Shown here in pieces: positions 29,601 to 41,337 of a DNA stretch of 64,000 nucleotides. The position numbers were made by a program, and so were the translations under genes. The DNA is from Lama guanicoe (lineage: Eukaryota). Each line of letters begins with the position of its first letter. Position 1 is the stretch's first letter. The notes under the pieces are model-generated. The model was given only the letters and a program-made list of their open reading frames with translations, did not search any database and had not been told where the DNA came from. The stretch spans positions 3,997,922 to 4,061,921 of the forward strand of contig MU054212.1 in the NCBI GenBank assembly GCA_013239625.1, in the 5' to 3' direction.

Positions 29601-31656
29601 CTCCATGATATCCAAACCGTACTGTTTCTTAAAACAAGATTTTTTAAATCTATGACATCTTTGTTTTAAAAAAGAAATCTAATGTCCGCAGGATTCTCAA
29701 GTTTATCTTGCCTTCCCTTTAACTTCAAACACTTGAAGTAGCACTTTTTTTTCCCTATTCTTCTCCCTTCAGCCTAACCTCTTTAATAAACCCCATTTTA
29801 AAAGAAGAAACAACAAATGAAGTGACAAGAGATAAAAGAATGAGTGTGCGCTCCAAGAATAAAGGGCGGTTTTATAACAGGAGGTACTTTTGTTGGCAAG
29901 TGACTGGCAGGTCTCCTCCCCCAAGTTAGAAATTCCATCCACTCCCCAAAAGTGCAGAGGCCAAAAATGTCTAGTCTAATAGTCCTGAAACCCCAGACTC
30001 AGAAGAAGAAAGCCAAGGGGGCGGACTAGCGGGTGGGGGGAGGGGAGAGAAAAAGACCAGCAGGAGACGAAAGAACAAAAGGAGAAACCCAAGAAAGGAG
30101 AAAGGAACGGCGGGACCCGGGCGGCCCGACAGCCAGTGGGAGGAAAAGAGCCGGAAAGTGGGAGAGCACGACACGGGGGAGGAGAGCGGGGAGCCGGGCA
30201 GGGTTTCTCGGCGCACCATGGACAGGGCTCAGCGCGGCCGCGGCCCACACCCCTCTAGGGGGCGGCGGGAGAGCGCGCGCGAGACCACGGGCGCCGGCCC
30301 CGTCCCGCCCCCGGCGCCCGAGGCCGGAGCGCGCTAGGCCCTGACCCGTGAAGACCACAGAGGGGGACGATCCGCACCATCTGTCCCTGCCCTGGTCGTC
30401 CCAGGCGCAGAGGTCCTTCCGAGAGCCTCGTTCGCACTTTTTGGGGCGGCCACCGGCTGGCCACCCCCGGCGGCCGGCAGTGCGCAGGGGGCCCCTCGGG
30501 CGGATTTCCCCGGAGACCTTGCCAGGCAGGGAGGGCGGACACGCCCCTCTCCCGCAGCCGCTTCGGGCCCCCACCGCCACCGGGGGCAGACGCGCGACCC
30601 CCGTCTGGCACCCACTTTGCTCGGGGGTCGTGGCCACGGCGCGCGGCATCGCTTCCCCGGACCCGGCTAACGAGCCGGGAGGGGCCTCCGGGCATCCTCC
30701 GGCCGGACGCAGAGATAAAGTTGGGCGCTTGACCGGGCTGCGGATCGGCGGCTCAGAGTGGGGAGAGAGCCTGAGACCTGCCTTGGGCAGGTGCTTCCTG
30801 CCGCGGAGGAACCTCCCAGTACCGACTCCAGGGAAAAGCTGTCTGGCGCTCTCCTGAAGGCGTGAAAAGTGCGGAGGCTCCCAGTAAAGGCGCCCCCAGG
30901 ACGCACGCAGGGCAGAGGCAGCCGGACAGAAGGAGAGGAATAATAGCCGAATAACGGAACTTCTCCCCGCCCGGCGGGATAAGGGACGGTGCGGGGCCAG
31001 GGGTTGGGTGCCGAGGCACCGACCCGCGTAGACTATTCGGGGCAAGGGGGCGAGATTTTCTTTCCAGGTAGGACCGACACAGAAAATTGTTAGGGCAGGA
31101 GAACAAAAATAGGAAGCAACTCCGAGCTGGGGTAAAGACAATAGGACAGTGGAGCCCTCGGGCACCGGGAGGCGCGCGGGTGCCAGGGTGCGGTGGGGTG
31201 GAGGCAAGTCCCGTAACTAAGACACCAGAGTGAGAATTCCTTACTGCAAACTCGCGACCCATCCCTGCAGAAATAAACAAAAATATTGGAGCAAAGTGCA
31301 ATGCGAGGAGTGAGAGGCGTAGAAAACTGCAAAACCGAGTGCTATCCTCTCTCTCCCTTCTGCTGCCTAGAGACACCCCCCCCCGCGAGCTCGCCCTACC
31401 CCGCACGAGGAGCAGAGGGGGCCGGCAGTCAGCCCCTTTTCGGGACCCTCCAAGAGAGGCGTGGGAGACCCGCTGGCCGCGGCAGCCCTGCCCCGGCGCC
31501 CGACCCGAGCCTCGTGTCTGCGCAGCTCGGCCGCGCGGTGCGGCACCTCCCTTCCCAGGTGGGCAGCCCGGCCCCGCAGCGGCGCGGGGAACAAAGGGAC
31601 CCGGCGCCGCCCGCCCCACCCCGCCCGCGGCCCGGCCCGCCGGGACCGCTGCGTAC

Positions 31657-31716
31657 CTGAAGCAGGGCCGCTAGCAGCGGCAGCAGGGTCCGCGGCGCTC
31701 CCACTATCCGGCACAT
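31657..31716 (-). CDS. CDH2: Cadherin-2 (N-cadherin) coding exon 1: first 20 aa of the signal peptide
   Basis: ATG at 31716-31714 translates MCRIVGAPRTLLPLLAALLQ, the known N-cadherin N-terminus. The 60-nt coding part ends at donor CAG|GTACGC (GT at 31656-31655, phase 0) and lies in a CpG island. Confidence 0.97.
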
Positions 31717-32190
31717 GGAGGCGGAGAGGGGCCGAGCGAGGAGCCGGAGGCGGCGGCGGCAGCAGCGGCAGCACCAACAGCGGCGCGGAGAGACGGCTCC
31801 AGGCAGTTTCCACCCCCTTCCCTTCCCCTCCCCACCCCACCCCCTTCTCCGCTGCTCTCCGCTCCCCGCCAATGGAGAGAGAGCTGATGACAAATAGCGG
31901 GCCGCGGAGTCCGCGGGACTCGCACCACGAGTAATAANNNNNNNNNNNNNNNNNNNNNNNNNNNNNNNNNNNNNNNNNNNNNNNNNNNNNNNNNNNNNNN
32001 NNNNNNNNNNNNNNNNNNNNNNNNNNNNNNNNNNNNNNNNNNNNGTGTGTGGGGGGGGGGGCGGCCGCGGTGGCAGCACAGGCGGCTCTGCTCCGGCCCA
32101 AAGCGCAGCGGAAGCCAGGAGGGATGCAGGCGGCAGGGACCTCGGCCCGTGGAGGATGCGGAGGTGGACGTGAAGCGGTTGGCGCTCCCC
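31717..32190 (-). other. CDH2: CDH2 5'UTR part of exon 1 (approximate TSS ~32190)
   Basis: Minus strand from 32190 reads ggggagcgccaaccgcttcacgtccacctccgcatcctcc, closely resembling the human CDH2 mRNA 5' end as recalled. GCC/GCT triplet run before the ATG. The TSS is inferred, not observed. Confidence 0.7.
31938..32044. other. Assembly gap (107 N) inside the CDH2 5'UTR
   Basis: Run of N next to (GT)n and a G-run in a GC-rich region. Confidence 1.
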
Positions 32191-35100
32191 AGGAGCTCCG
32201 CAACGCGAGGTTTAGGACTCGGGGTTTTGCTTTCTCCGGGTCCCCTCTCCAGGGTCGCTTGGCACGACGAAGACGCTGTGGAGAGCGCCGCGGGGAGGGA
32301 TCTCCTGGCCGTGCGCGCTGCGCCCACAAAGAGCAGCAGTCCCGCCGCCCGGCGCCTCTGCTGCGTGGGGACTGAGGACCGCTTCTCGGCTCCTTTTTCC
32401 GGTCCCCCGGAGAGTTGGAGTCTGGTCTCCGGCCTGTGGACGCGCGGGGGTGAGGCCAGGGGCCGGCGCGGCCGCTCCCGCCGCGGCTCCGTCCCGCGCA
32501 GCTGCCGCCGCGGCCGCCCCTGCTGCCCGCGCGCCGCCGCCCACCCGCCAGTCCTCGCCCCGCGCCGCTACCCCTCCCGCCGCCACCGCCGCCGCCCTCG
32601 CCCCCGCCTTCCTCCTCCGCCGAGCTTCCCCGCCCGCGTCGTGGCCAATCGGAGGCCACCAAGCTGCGGCGGTAGCCGGCCGGATCCGCGGCAGCCGCCC
32701 GCCCCCGCCCCGCCGAAGCGCCCCATTTTTGCTGCAGCCCGCGGGGGGTCGCCGGAGGGAAGCCTGGGGTGCGCGGAGCACCGCCCCGGCAGGTGGAGGG
32801 GCTGCGGGAAATGAAAGAACTTGCGCAGCAACTTGATTGGTGGCAGGTTCATCTTTGGACCGCGACGGGGAATCAGATAGGGATTAGGCAGTGGAGGCGA
32901 ATGCCTCTTTCGTAGCCTAACGCACGCTTCTCTTTCTGTTCTGTCATTCTTTTGAGAAAGACTGTTTTTCTGGGCAAGGGCAGACACAGCCAACTAGCGA
33001 CGCCGACAAAGCCCATAGTGGCCCTGGTTGTCTGCGACGTTTGCCACGAGCCACCTGCGGGCCGGGAGGGCGGAGGCCCCGCGGCTTCCCTCGGGCGCGC
33101 GCAACTCTTCCCTCCTTTGCGGATGTGCTGGACAGCCCAAGTTTGTGTGTTTGTTTTGTTATTTTTCCCTCTGGGGGTTTGAGGGTGCATCTTATTTTAT
33201 CTGAAATCTCCCTTTTTCTGTTTCTCCTTGTTAGTGGTGCTGTTGACATTTTTAAACAAATGGTTTAAGGGACTTTGACTCCTCCCTACACCACCCCCAA
33301 CAACAACAAAAGTAAAGAAAGAAAAAGGGGGAAACAATCTAAAACCCAAAACTTGCCGTGAAAATAGGATTATCTAAGAGATAAAACGGCTGATTCAGAG
33401 TTCGCACCAAGTCAAGGATTTCTGCTTCCTCCTTTTAAGGCATAAGCGTGGAGTGGAACACAAAAAGTGAGAGACTTTACAAGTTTGGGTTACAGGCATT
33501 TGTGGAATGGAGGGAGGGGTGAGGAGCAATTGATTTTGGCGAGGTAATAAGTTTTTTTCAGAACCCTTTTTTTTTTTTTTTTAGGCTTTTCAGGTAGATG
33601 AAAATACCGGTTTTTTTTTAAGTGTTTCAACACTTCGGAGGTCGTTGAACTTCGTTGAAGTTAATGAAAAATACTGCTTCGGGTAACAGAAGTTTGAGCA
33701 TTATTTGAATTTGAGTTTCAGGATACTGATCATTTAAGAACTTGATAATGAATCTCTCAAAATCGAGTTATTAATTTCTTTGGTGTAAGTGATGCAGCTT
33801 TTAATAATGTAGTGTTGCTGGCTAGGTTTTTAAAAATTCAAAATTCATAGGGAAGTTTATTCAGTTTTAATTAAAACATAATATTGTAGGCCTTTTAGAA
33901 ATGAAACTCAAAAATTCTTCCTGGATTTTCTTTTCAGAAGAATCAGGAAGGCCATGTTAATTAAATTTAAAAACAAAGGATTCCACTTGTTCTTTCTCTT
34001 CCTTCCTTGCTGGAAATTATTGTCACACTATTATTAATTGCCCTAAAATTTCTCCTTGCAGTAGGGTACTTCTAAATTCCATTTTCAGACAGTCAGGCAT
34101 AGTAGTAAGACGTTAGGAGCAATATGGGGATGTGGTTTGTTGTATTCCAAAGTGGGATTTACAGAGGCCATCTCCATGCCTAAAAATTAGGCTCTGATCC
34201 TGGACATGAGGCCGCAGTTATGTCCTCACCACTCCCTGCAGTAGCCACTGAAGTTTCTTGCCACTCTGATTAATTTAAAGGTAGAAAAGATTTCAGCAGG
34301 AGTAACTATCGCTTGTTAGTGTTATTAGCTTCAAGCGTTAAAATCCGGCCCCTTATAAATTAAACTCTTATTATGAATTCAGAATCTCCTTTGGAATGCC
34401 TGCCAGTCAGCTAATTCTCTGACTCCAGTAGTTTTCAATCATACAGGTAAGCACGTGCGGCATTTTAGTTTTTAATTGCATGTCTGACGTCCATGCCTCT
34501 CACTCTTCAATGGTTGTGGCTTGCTTTGGAATCTTGTCTTAGTTTAACTTGATCACACGGCCAGCCAACTCTTGCTAACCCGCCTTTGATCACAAGAAGG
34601 AATGGCCTAGTCTAATGTATGATTGGAGATTTGTGCATTCACTTGATGCTCATGAAAGTAGATCTAACATTGACTTTGGCATCCGACACAAATGGTACCT
34701 CCACGGCACCATTCTAAAGGTAACCTAATGGGGCCTTTCATTTCTCTGGGCAAGTGGTGAGCCAACTGTCAGATTTTCAGCGTCTGCTCCAAGTATTGCC
34801 AGTCTGAAGGCTAACTTTCTACCAGCTTGCATAGCTCCAAGGCTGCAGGGGCCTCAGCAGTGACCCAGAGAAACAGCTTGATTGTGGAGGGAGTGTGATG
34901 GGGGGAAAAATTAATGATTAAAATGAAGGCTGGGCTCATACACTGAAAATCAGCCTAATCCCTTGACTTCTGACCTGTGCGCTGCATCCAGCTTATTTAC
35001 TACAAGAGGTCTGCAAAGGAATACCTGCGTTAAACGTTATGGACAGACTTGAATAAATCATATCTCCTGCACACATAACCAGTATTTTCACATATGTGTG

Positions 35101-36617
35101 GATACCATGATGATTCATTTTTTAAACATTCATTGCAAAGAAAAGTCGTGATAGCTTTTTGTTGTGGCATGTATTCTCAAACAGGAGATGCTAAACGCAC
35201 TAATACATCATGTGAGTGTCTTTGTAAAAGGGTCCTCACTTTGGAAGAAAATGCAAACAGTAGTTGTCAAGTCTGCACCCCACGCCCTACACACACACAC
35301 ACACAACTCACTGGTCTGTGCCTCTGACACCTAGCTGAGTGCCCTTCCAAAATGTTGACTAGACAGCCTCCTCCAATAATGTCCGGGGCAAGCTGGGATT
35401 GTCCCTTCACCCTTGAGAGATATCCCTCACGTTATTTTCAAGTTTCTCCTCATTTAGCTTTACTGTGTTAAAGCTGACCTTCTCTGGGTTACTAGGCCTG
35501 TTGGAGTTCTGGACTGTTTCAAATGAAACATAAAGACAGTCTGTACAACTCCCTCATTTTACAGTAACACCAAGGCTTAAAGCCATACACAAGGCCACCA
35601 GCTGGCAAGTGGCGAATGCTGGATGGGACTTGGACTCCCTTACTCCCAGTCTTCCCTAGTCTCTAGATTATTCTAGGGAGTCCCTTTTAACTTTAGAAAA
35701 ATTCACCTATGTGGAATGAGAAAGCTTTAAAAAAAAAAAGAAAAAAAATTTAATGATGCTGGAGATTTGTTCACTATTTCTCTTAGGTATTTCGTTCTTC
35801 AAAGCAGACGTGACATTGGGGACACAATTCTGCGTTTCCTTTTGCTGGTCTCCATCCTTGGATGCCTTTCTCAGTGTGCTCATCTCACCTACCGTATCTA
35901 GTGTGATTCTGGCGTTTCAAGATTTGTATCTTTGGTATAACCTGGCTTCTAAGCACAAGCCAGCCATTCACCTGGTCCTTACCCAGAGAAGTCATGATCT
36001 GTTCTAATATTGGAAGAAAAGTCTGGGTTTTCTTAAAAATTCACCCTGGTTTGGAGATATTTACCTTTGTTTCTTCTCTTTTGCCTTCTTTCTTCTTTGT
36101 TTAGTATCTGACAACCAAACTCAAAGATTTTATGGAAAACATAACCAGACTTGTAACTTGAAGTACACACGGTCAAGGAAGTGAGTAAATGTGTCGGACA
36201 TGTGCATGACTAGGGAAGTAATTCAGAAGCAGACCTTGCATTACAAGGAACACCACCACCACCACCAAAAAAAAAAAAAATCCATTTCTGGAAAGTAGAA
36301 GGATGTAATACACAGATTATGGATTTAAATCCAGGCAGACTTAGCTCCATGAACTTGGGTGAGTTTCTCAACCTTTCTAAGGTTCTTTTCCCCTATCTCC
36401 AAAATGTGGATAATATACCAGAATTTCTTAAGAATGCCTGATACTAACACAGTGGAACACAGTAGGGGCTTAGCTTTTTGTCTAAATGTGTATTAAATGT
36501 GCTTATTTCCATGGAGGATTTGGAGTAGAGTTACTCAGGAATCTCAGTGAATGCTGCTCTCACTCCCTCAGTTCTGTCTGCAAAACTTACAAAATTTTTT
36601 AAAAATTAAAAAAAACT

Positions 36618-36675
36618 ATATATATATATATATATATATAGTTGAATATATATATATAGTTGAATATATATATAT
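36618..36675. repeat. (TA)n with a duplicated gttgaa interruption
   Basis: (ta)n-gttgaa-(ta)n-gttgaa-(ta)n. Confidence 0.95.
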
Positions 36676-38476
36676 AAAGCCAAGGCTTTTAATCAGAGTT
36701 TTATTTGGGAGGCTCAGATTTTACAGAACACAAAATCTGGAATATGAAAGTATTCATAGGAAACAATACAGTCAATATTAATGTATTGATTTCCTGTAGG
36801 CAAACTAATTCATTTCTGAGTTATCTAAGTTGATAATTGCAAGACCAGGACTAAAACTGATTTCGCTTAGAGCCTTTCTCCCGTGAGCCTGGCTTTTGTC
36901 ATCTCTCAAACCACTTTCTGCCTACGTGTTCCCAGAGTCCAAGTTTCATAGTTGATTTTGTGAATCCTGCTTCACGATCAACTGTATTTAAGAAAATGTG
37001 ATTTGCATGATATTCGAGAACTCTCCCTACTGCACCAGAAGCATGAGTATTTATGGAGCACCACTTTAAATTACTTAAAAGTAAAAAGGCCTATTTCTCA
37101 AGATAAATGTCTCTTCAGAAAATAAAACAAATCAGACTGAAGACTTTGGTGACGTTTAGTGATGCCAGATTTGCCCTTGTGTCCTTTTAAAAGCAGAAAT
37201 CTGCCTTGTGGAAAGAACAACTATCTGAAATACAACTGAAATACAACTATCAGTGTTTAGAGGATGGTAAAACATGTTTAGTATCTGTACTTACACTGAT
37301 GCACCCTTTCCTCCAGTGAAAATTGAGGCAGTTGATGAAGTATTTCTTAGGCTCAGGATACCAGTGTTCTCTTCCCAGGTCAATGGCCAGCTGGATAATC
37401 TTAAACTACGCCACTTAATTTCTGTAAAGAAAAATTAAATGTTTTCTTATCTAATAGAACATAAATAATTCCACTTTCCTAACAAAATGCTGAGAGGACT
37501 AAGAGAATCACGTCAGTACAGCCTATTTAGTTCTTTAGAGAGAAGTTCTAGATACAAGGAATTCTTTAAGGCTGGGGGTTCAGCTGTCACAAGACGGATG
37601 ATTAATTGGTTCCTAAAGTTAAGTCACATTTTAGTGACGAGGCATAACCAACAAGCCACCAAGTGCTTATTAAATCTTTCTCCTTTTTCATTTCCATTTA
37701 TCCACAGAATTTAAAAGTAACATATTTTATCTTTCTATTGCAAAAGCAACACATGTCTGCGCATAGATATTTGAGAACATTATATTGTTGTATGTACCGT
37801 GATCATTCATGGATGATTCATAGTTGATTCTTGATATTACAGTGAGTGCTCTCTGGAAAGAGACAATCCACGTTTTCCTTTTAAAGAGTGAATGCAAAAA
37901 AAATGCTAATCCCATTTATTACAGAATTTATAATGTATGTCACTGTGATTCATTCTTTACAGAGCTCAGAAGAGCTGAGTGATTATCACAAATAAGCTTG
38001 ATCTTTCTGGGAGGTCTATTATTTTGAGTCATCCCTGAGAAAAGGTTTTCAAAAACATGTTTGCAGGAGATGGAAATATTCTCGCTTCTAAAGTTGTTAG
38101 GATAGCCGATAATAAACATGTATTTGCATTCCAAAACTAACTTATCCAAGCTATATGAAATTTCAGACTCTTGGAGGCTCCTCTGGGACATCTGATGTCC
38201 CCAGTGGAGGGAAGGAGTTCTTTAAGGAGTCTGCTCAGCAGGGCTCTGAGGGAAGGGGCGAGCAGGGGCAGGGGCAGAGGAGCACAGCCAGACATCAGAA
38301 CAAGAGAAGGACTGAAAAAAAGCACCTGAGGTCTGTGCTCTCTAATGAGAGAAGGGGTTCGTATGTGGATAGAATGTGGACTATGGCCAAACTGCAGGAC
38401 AGCAGCAAGGTCATAATCCTACTAACTGTTCAGTAAATATTTGCTCAGTTTTAGGGATGAGTCATGCCCCCAAAAT

Positions 38477-38478
<2 letters not shown>

Positions 38479-38509
<31 letters not shown>
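38479..38509 (+). repeat. Poly(A)31 homopolymer
   Basis: Read directly. Confidence 0.95.
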
Positions 38510-38511
<2 letters not shown>

Positions 38512-38919
38512 AGAACATGGAATTTGAACAAGAGCGTGGGGACAGCCTTTCAGCATCTAGAACTGATAAGAAGGTCCACACAAACAGGACGACTGATAAG
38601 TGACAGTTCATCCAGGGCAGTTCAGTCTGTCCTCTCCCCAAATTTGCACATCTCTTGATAAGAGCAAGTCATCACTGCCAGTAAGTTTCACTCTGAGTTG
38701 CTTTCTGGTGGGACGTTTGCTGCTAACCTCCATCCTCAAATTGTTTACTTACGCAAATATGAAAACCCTACTACACTTCAAAAACTCCCCTCGAGTTATT
38801 TTTGTAAAGGTGGAAATGATGTAAAATGGCTTTTTTTTTAAGTCAAAAATAAGCACTATCAAAAAAAATCAGCACTATCCTTTTGTCAATGAGATAGTAT
38901 AAGCTTTAACTGAAGAAGA

Positions 38920-39330
38920 TACATGTTGGCCTCTTCAATTTCTTTTTCACCATTTTCTGGAACTCCTGATTTTTGGAACTTCACAGGTTGATCCTTAATT
39001 TTCTTCTCTCTTTCATATCCGTACCCACCAATTTCTTTTTCTCTGTCTCTTTTAAATACATTGTCTGGGAGATTTCTTTAGCTCCATCTTCCAGCCTGTC
39101 TGTTGAAAAGTTGGCCGTATCTTTGATTGCCAAGAGTTTTTGGTTCTCTGATGGTTTCTTTGCTAGAACCTTGCTCAGTTCCGTGGATGTGAGAGCGTCT
39201 CTTATCTTTTTATACATTGTTTAAAAGCTGTCTTCTGCTCCCTGCATTATCTTGGCTTCCTCTCTGTTGCTTTTCTTGCAGGGTTTATTTTTGTCTCTGT
39301 CTTTGATGGTAGAGAGACTTTCTTGGGGAT
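38920..39330 (-). mobile_element. HAL1 / old L1 ORF1 coiled-coil remnant
   Basis: ORF 38981-39217 (KKPSENQKLLAIKD...DRLEDGAKEISQ...) resembles HAL1/L1 ORF1p heptads, followed by GVPE-like codons (ggagttccagaa) at ~38957-38968. Confidence 0.65.
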
Positions 39331-41031
39331 AATGTTCAGTATGCAGAATTTCCCTTAATCCTCCCAGATTTGGATAAGCCACCCTCCCCTGCCTCAGTTT
39401 TTCTCGGGTCACGAGTTCAGCGCTTGTCTCGTGTCTGCCCAGTAGAAGTGTCTGAAGAGCCTCCCCAGCTGGGACAGACACACTGCCCTCCGCTGCTGGC
39501 TTGACCTCACTTATCTCTGTCCAGATTTAATCTGTGACTGCTCCTTGACAAAGGGAAGAAAGAGCTCGAGGTGATTTTCTGGAGGCTGGGTGAATGCTGA
39601 TACCTTTCCCTGTCTAAGATGGTTGTCTCCCTTCCCAAGGATGACAGACACATCTGTCTCAAGTGAGACCCACGTCCGTGGCCACAGCCTAGAACTCCCA
39701 TGGGGACCCAGCCTTTCCTCCGGATAAGGAAAGACCCCACCATTCTCCATGTTCTGAGAGGAATGGTGTCACCTCCACAAATTACCTACTCCCAAGTCAA
39801 ATCAGCCCCTAGAGTTTTCAACTTAAAAAAAAATTGTAAGTGATTCTTCCTCAACATACGTAATAATAGTTATGAAAACCATTTTTAAGGTTTTAACCAC
39901 ATGATAATGAAGCAGTTCATGGGTGCATATCTACCCTGACGTGTTCTCCTGCACTCTCACCAGCTAAGACGACTCAGAGTGAAATACTTACCTCTACAAT
40001 ATGGCTGGATTCATGGTTGCAATGGACAATAATGAAATATCAATTTACAACATTGATTATCCAAACCTGAAAATTAGAGATCAGAAAAGTATGCCGTTAA
40101 CTGATATATTTAGTACAATAACCTGCAACCTTCTTTTTGATGCTGTCATCGCACTGTGTGTGAGTGCTAAAAAATCCCAAGAAAAACATTGGGGGAGGTG
40201 TGCCCTGTAAATGTACGTAGGTGCTTTTACTAGACCCTTCCCCAATACTGTGACATGTTCCTGGTGGGGACAGTCATTACTGCTTTCCCCGCTAATGCGA
40301 CTGGTGTTGAAACTCGCTGACTGAATATTTCATTGCTCTTCACTTTCACTTGGTATAAACCTTCCATTCATTTGAAGTTTGATGAGACCGAATTTCATTA
40401 CTTTGTTATTCAACAGTGTCCCATCACTTCACCCTGTACAGACTCAAGGTTTTAGCCACCTGCTGATTTCAAGCTTGGAGTTAAAGGGATGTGAGCACCC
40501 ATTTAACAGATGCGTAGAAATCATTCATCATTTACCAGAAGTTTTTTATTTCCAGATAATCAGTTGTAAGAAATGTTATCTCTCCTGCTTAGAATTCCCT
40601 GTTTATGTTCCCACAGAATTGGGTAGGTTACCACTTCCTACCAACAACAAATGTAATAATATCTGAGAGGAAAAAGCCTATTTTTAATCATAAAGGACAT
40701 ACTTATTCTTTTTTTTTCCATTTAACTGACTGTAAATTATATTTGGTGTCAAATCATTCATTATAATTCTTTTAAATTAAGTTCAGTTACAGTAAGAGTA
40801 TTCAATACTTAATCTATTGACCACTTTCCTATTTTATATGTTTTTAGGAATATAAAATAAGTGTGTCATCATGAATTGGGCAAATGAGAGCTCCCTAAAA
40901 AGTTTATACTACTTGGCTTTTCAGACAAACCCTGGCTACAAATGTCCCCTTTGGTCCTCCTGTTAATATCAGTAACACAGCCACCATCTTTGGCATGTAA
41001 AGACACACTTATTCTTGACGAACAGATGACT

Positions 41032-41337
41032 TCTCTTTTTCATTGAAGTATAGTCAGTTTACAATGTTGTCAGTTTCTGGTGCACAGCATGTTTCAGTCA
41101 TACAAGTATGTACATACATTCCTTTTCATATTCTTTGTCATCATAGGTTACTATGAGATACTGAATATAGTTCCCTGGGCTATACAGTAGAAACTTGTTG
41201 TTTATCTATCTTACGTTTAGTAGTTAGCATATGCACATCTCCAGCCCCCAAAATATCCCTTCCCACCCCCATTCCCCCATCCCCTGTAACCGTAAGTTTG
41301 TTTTCCATGTCTGTGAGTCTGTTTCTGTTTTGTAAAA
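41032..41337 (-). mobile_element. 5'-truncated L1 3' end, same broad family as 4536-4854
   Basis: cattgaagtatagtcagtttacaatgttg...gaatatagttccctgggctatacagtag...gtctgtgagtctgtttctgttttgtaaa; possible TSD cagatga at 41023 and 41345. Confidence 0.85.

Larger units (their letters stand above)
30000..33120. promoter_or_regulatory. CpG island / GC-rich promoter of CDH2
   Basis: Very high GC and CpG density relative to the AT-rich flanks. GC boxes at 32628-32635 and 32703-32711; CCAAT boxes at 32645-32649 (ggCCAATcgg), 32836-32840 (reverse) and 31869-31873. No TATA box seen. Confidence 0.93.

Noticed and set aside
29971..33268. Long ORFs (up to 431 aa) across the CpG island
   Set aside because: Stop-codon depletion in GC-rich DNA gives Arg/Gly/Pro/Ala low-complexity ORFs in many frames, some spanning Ns. 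Only the 20-codon CDH2 exon is supported.
14387..38880. Several 9-16 bp micro-duplications (~14387, ~17148, ~17415, ~37225, ~38850)
   Set aside because: Unrelated units and typical slippage products; no common system.
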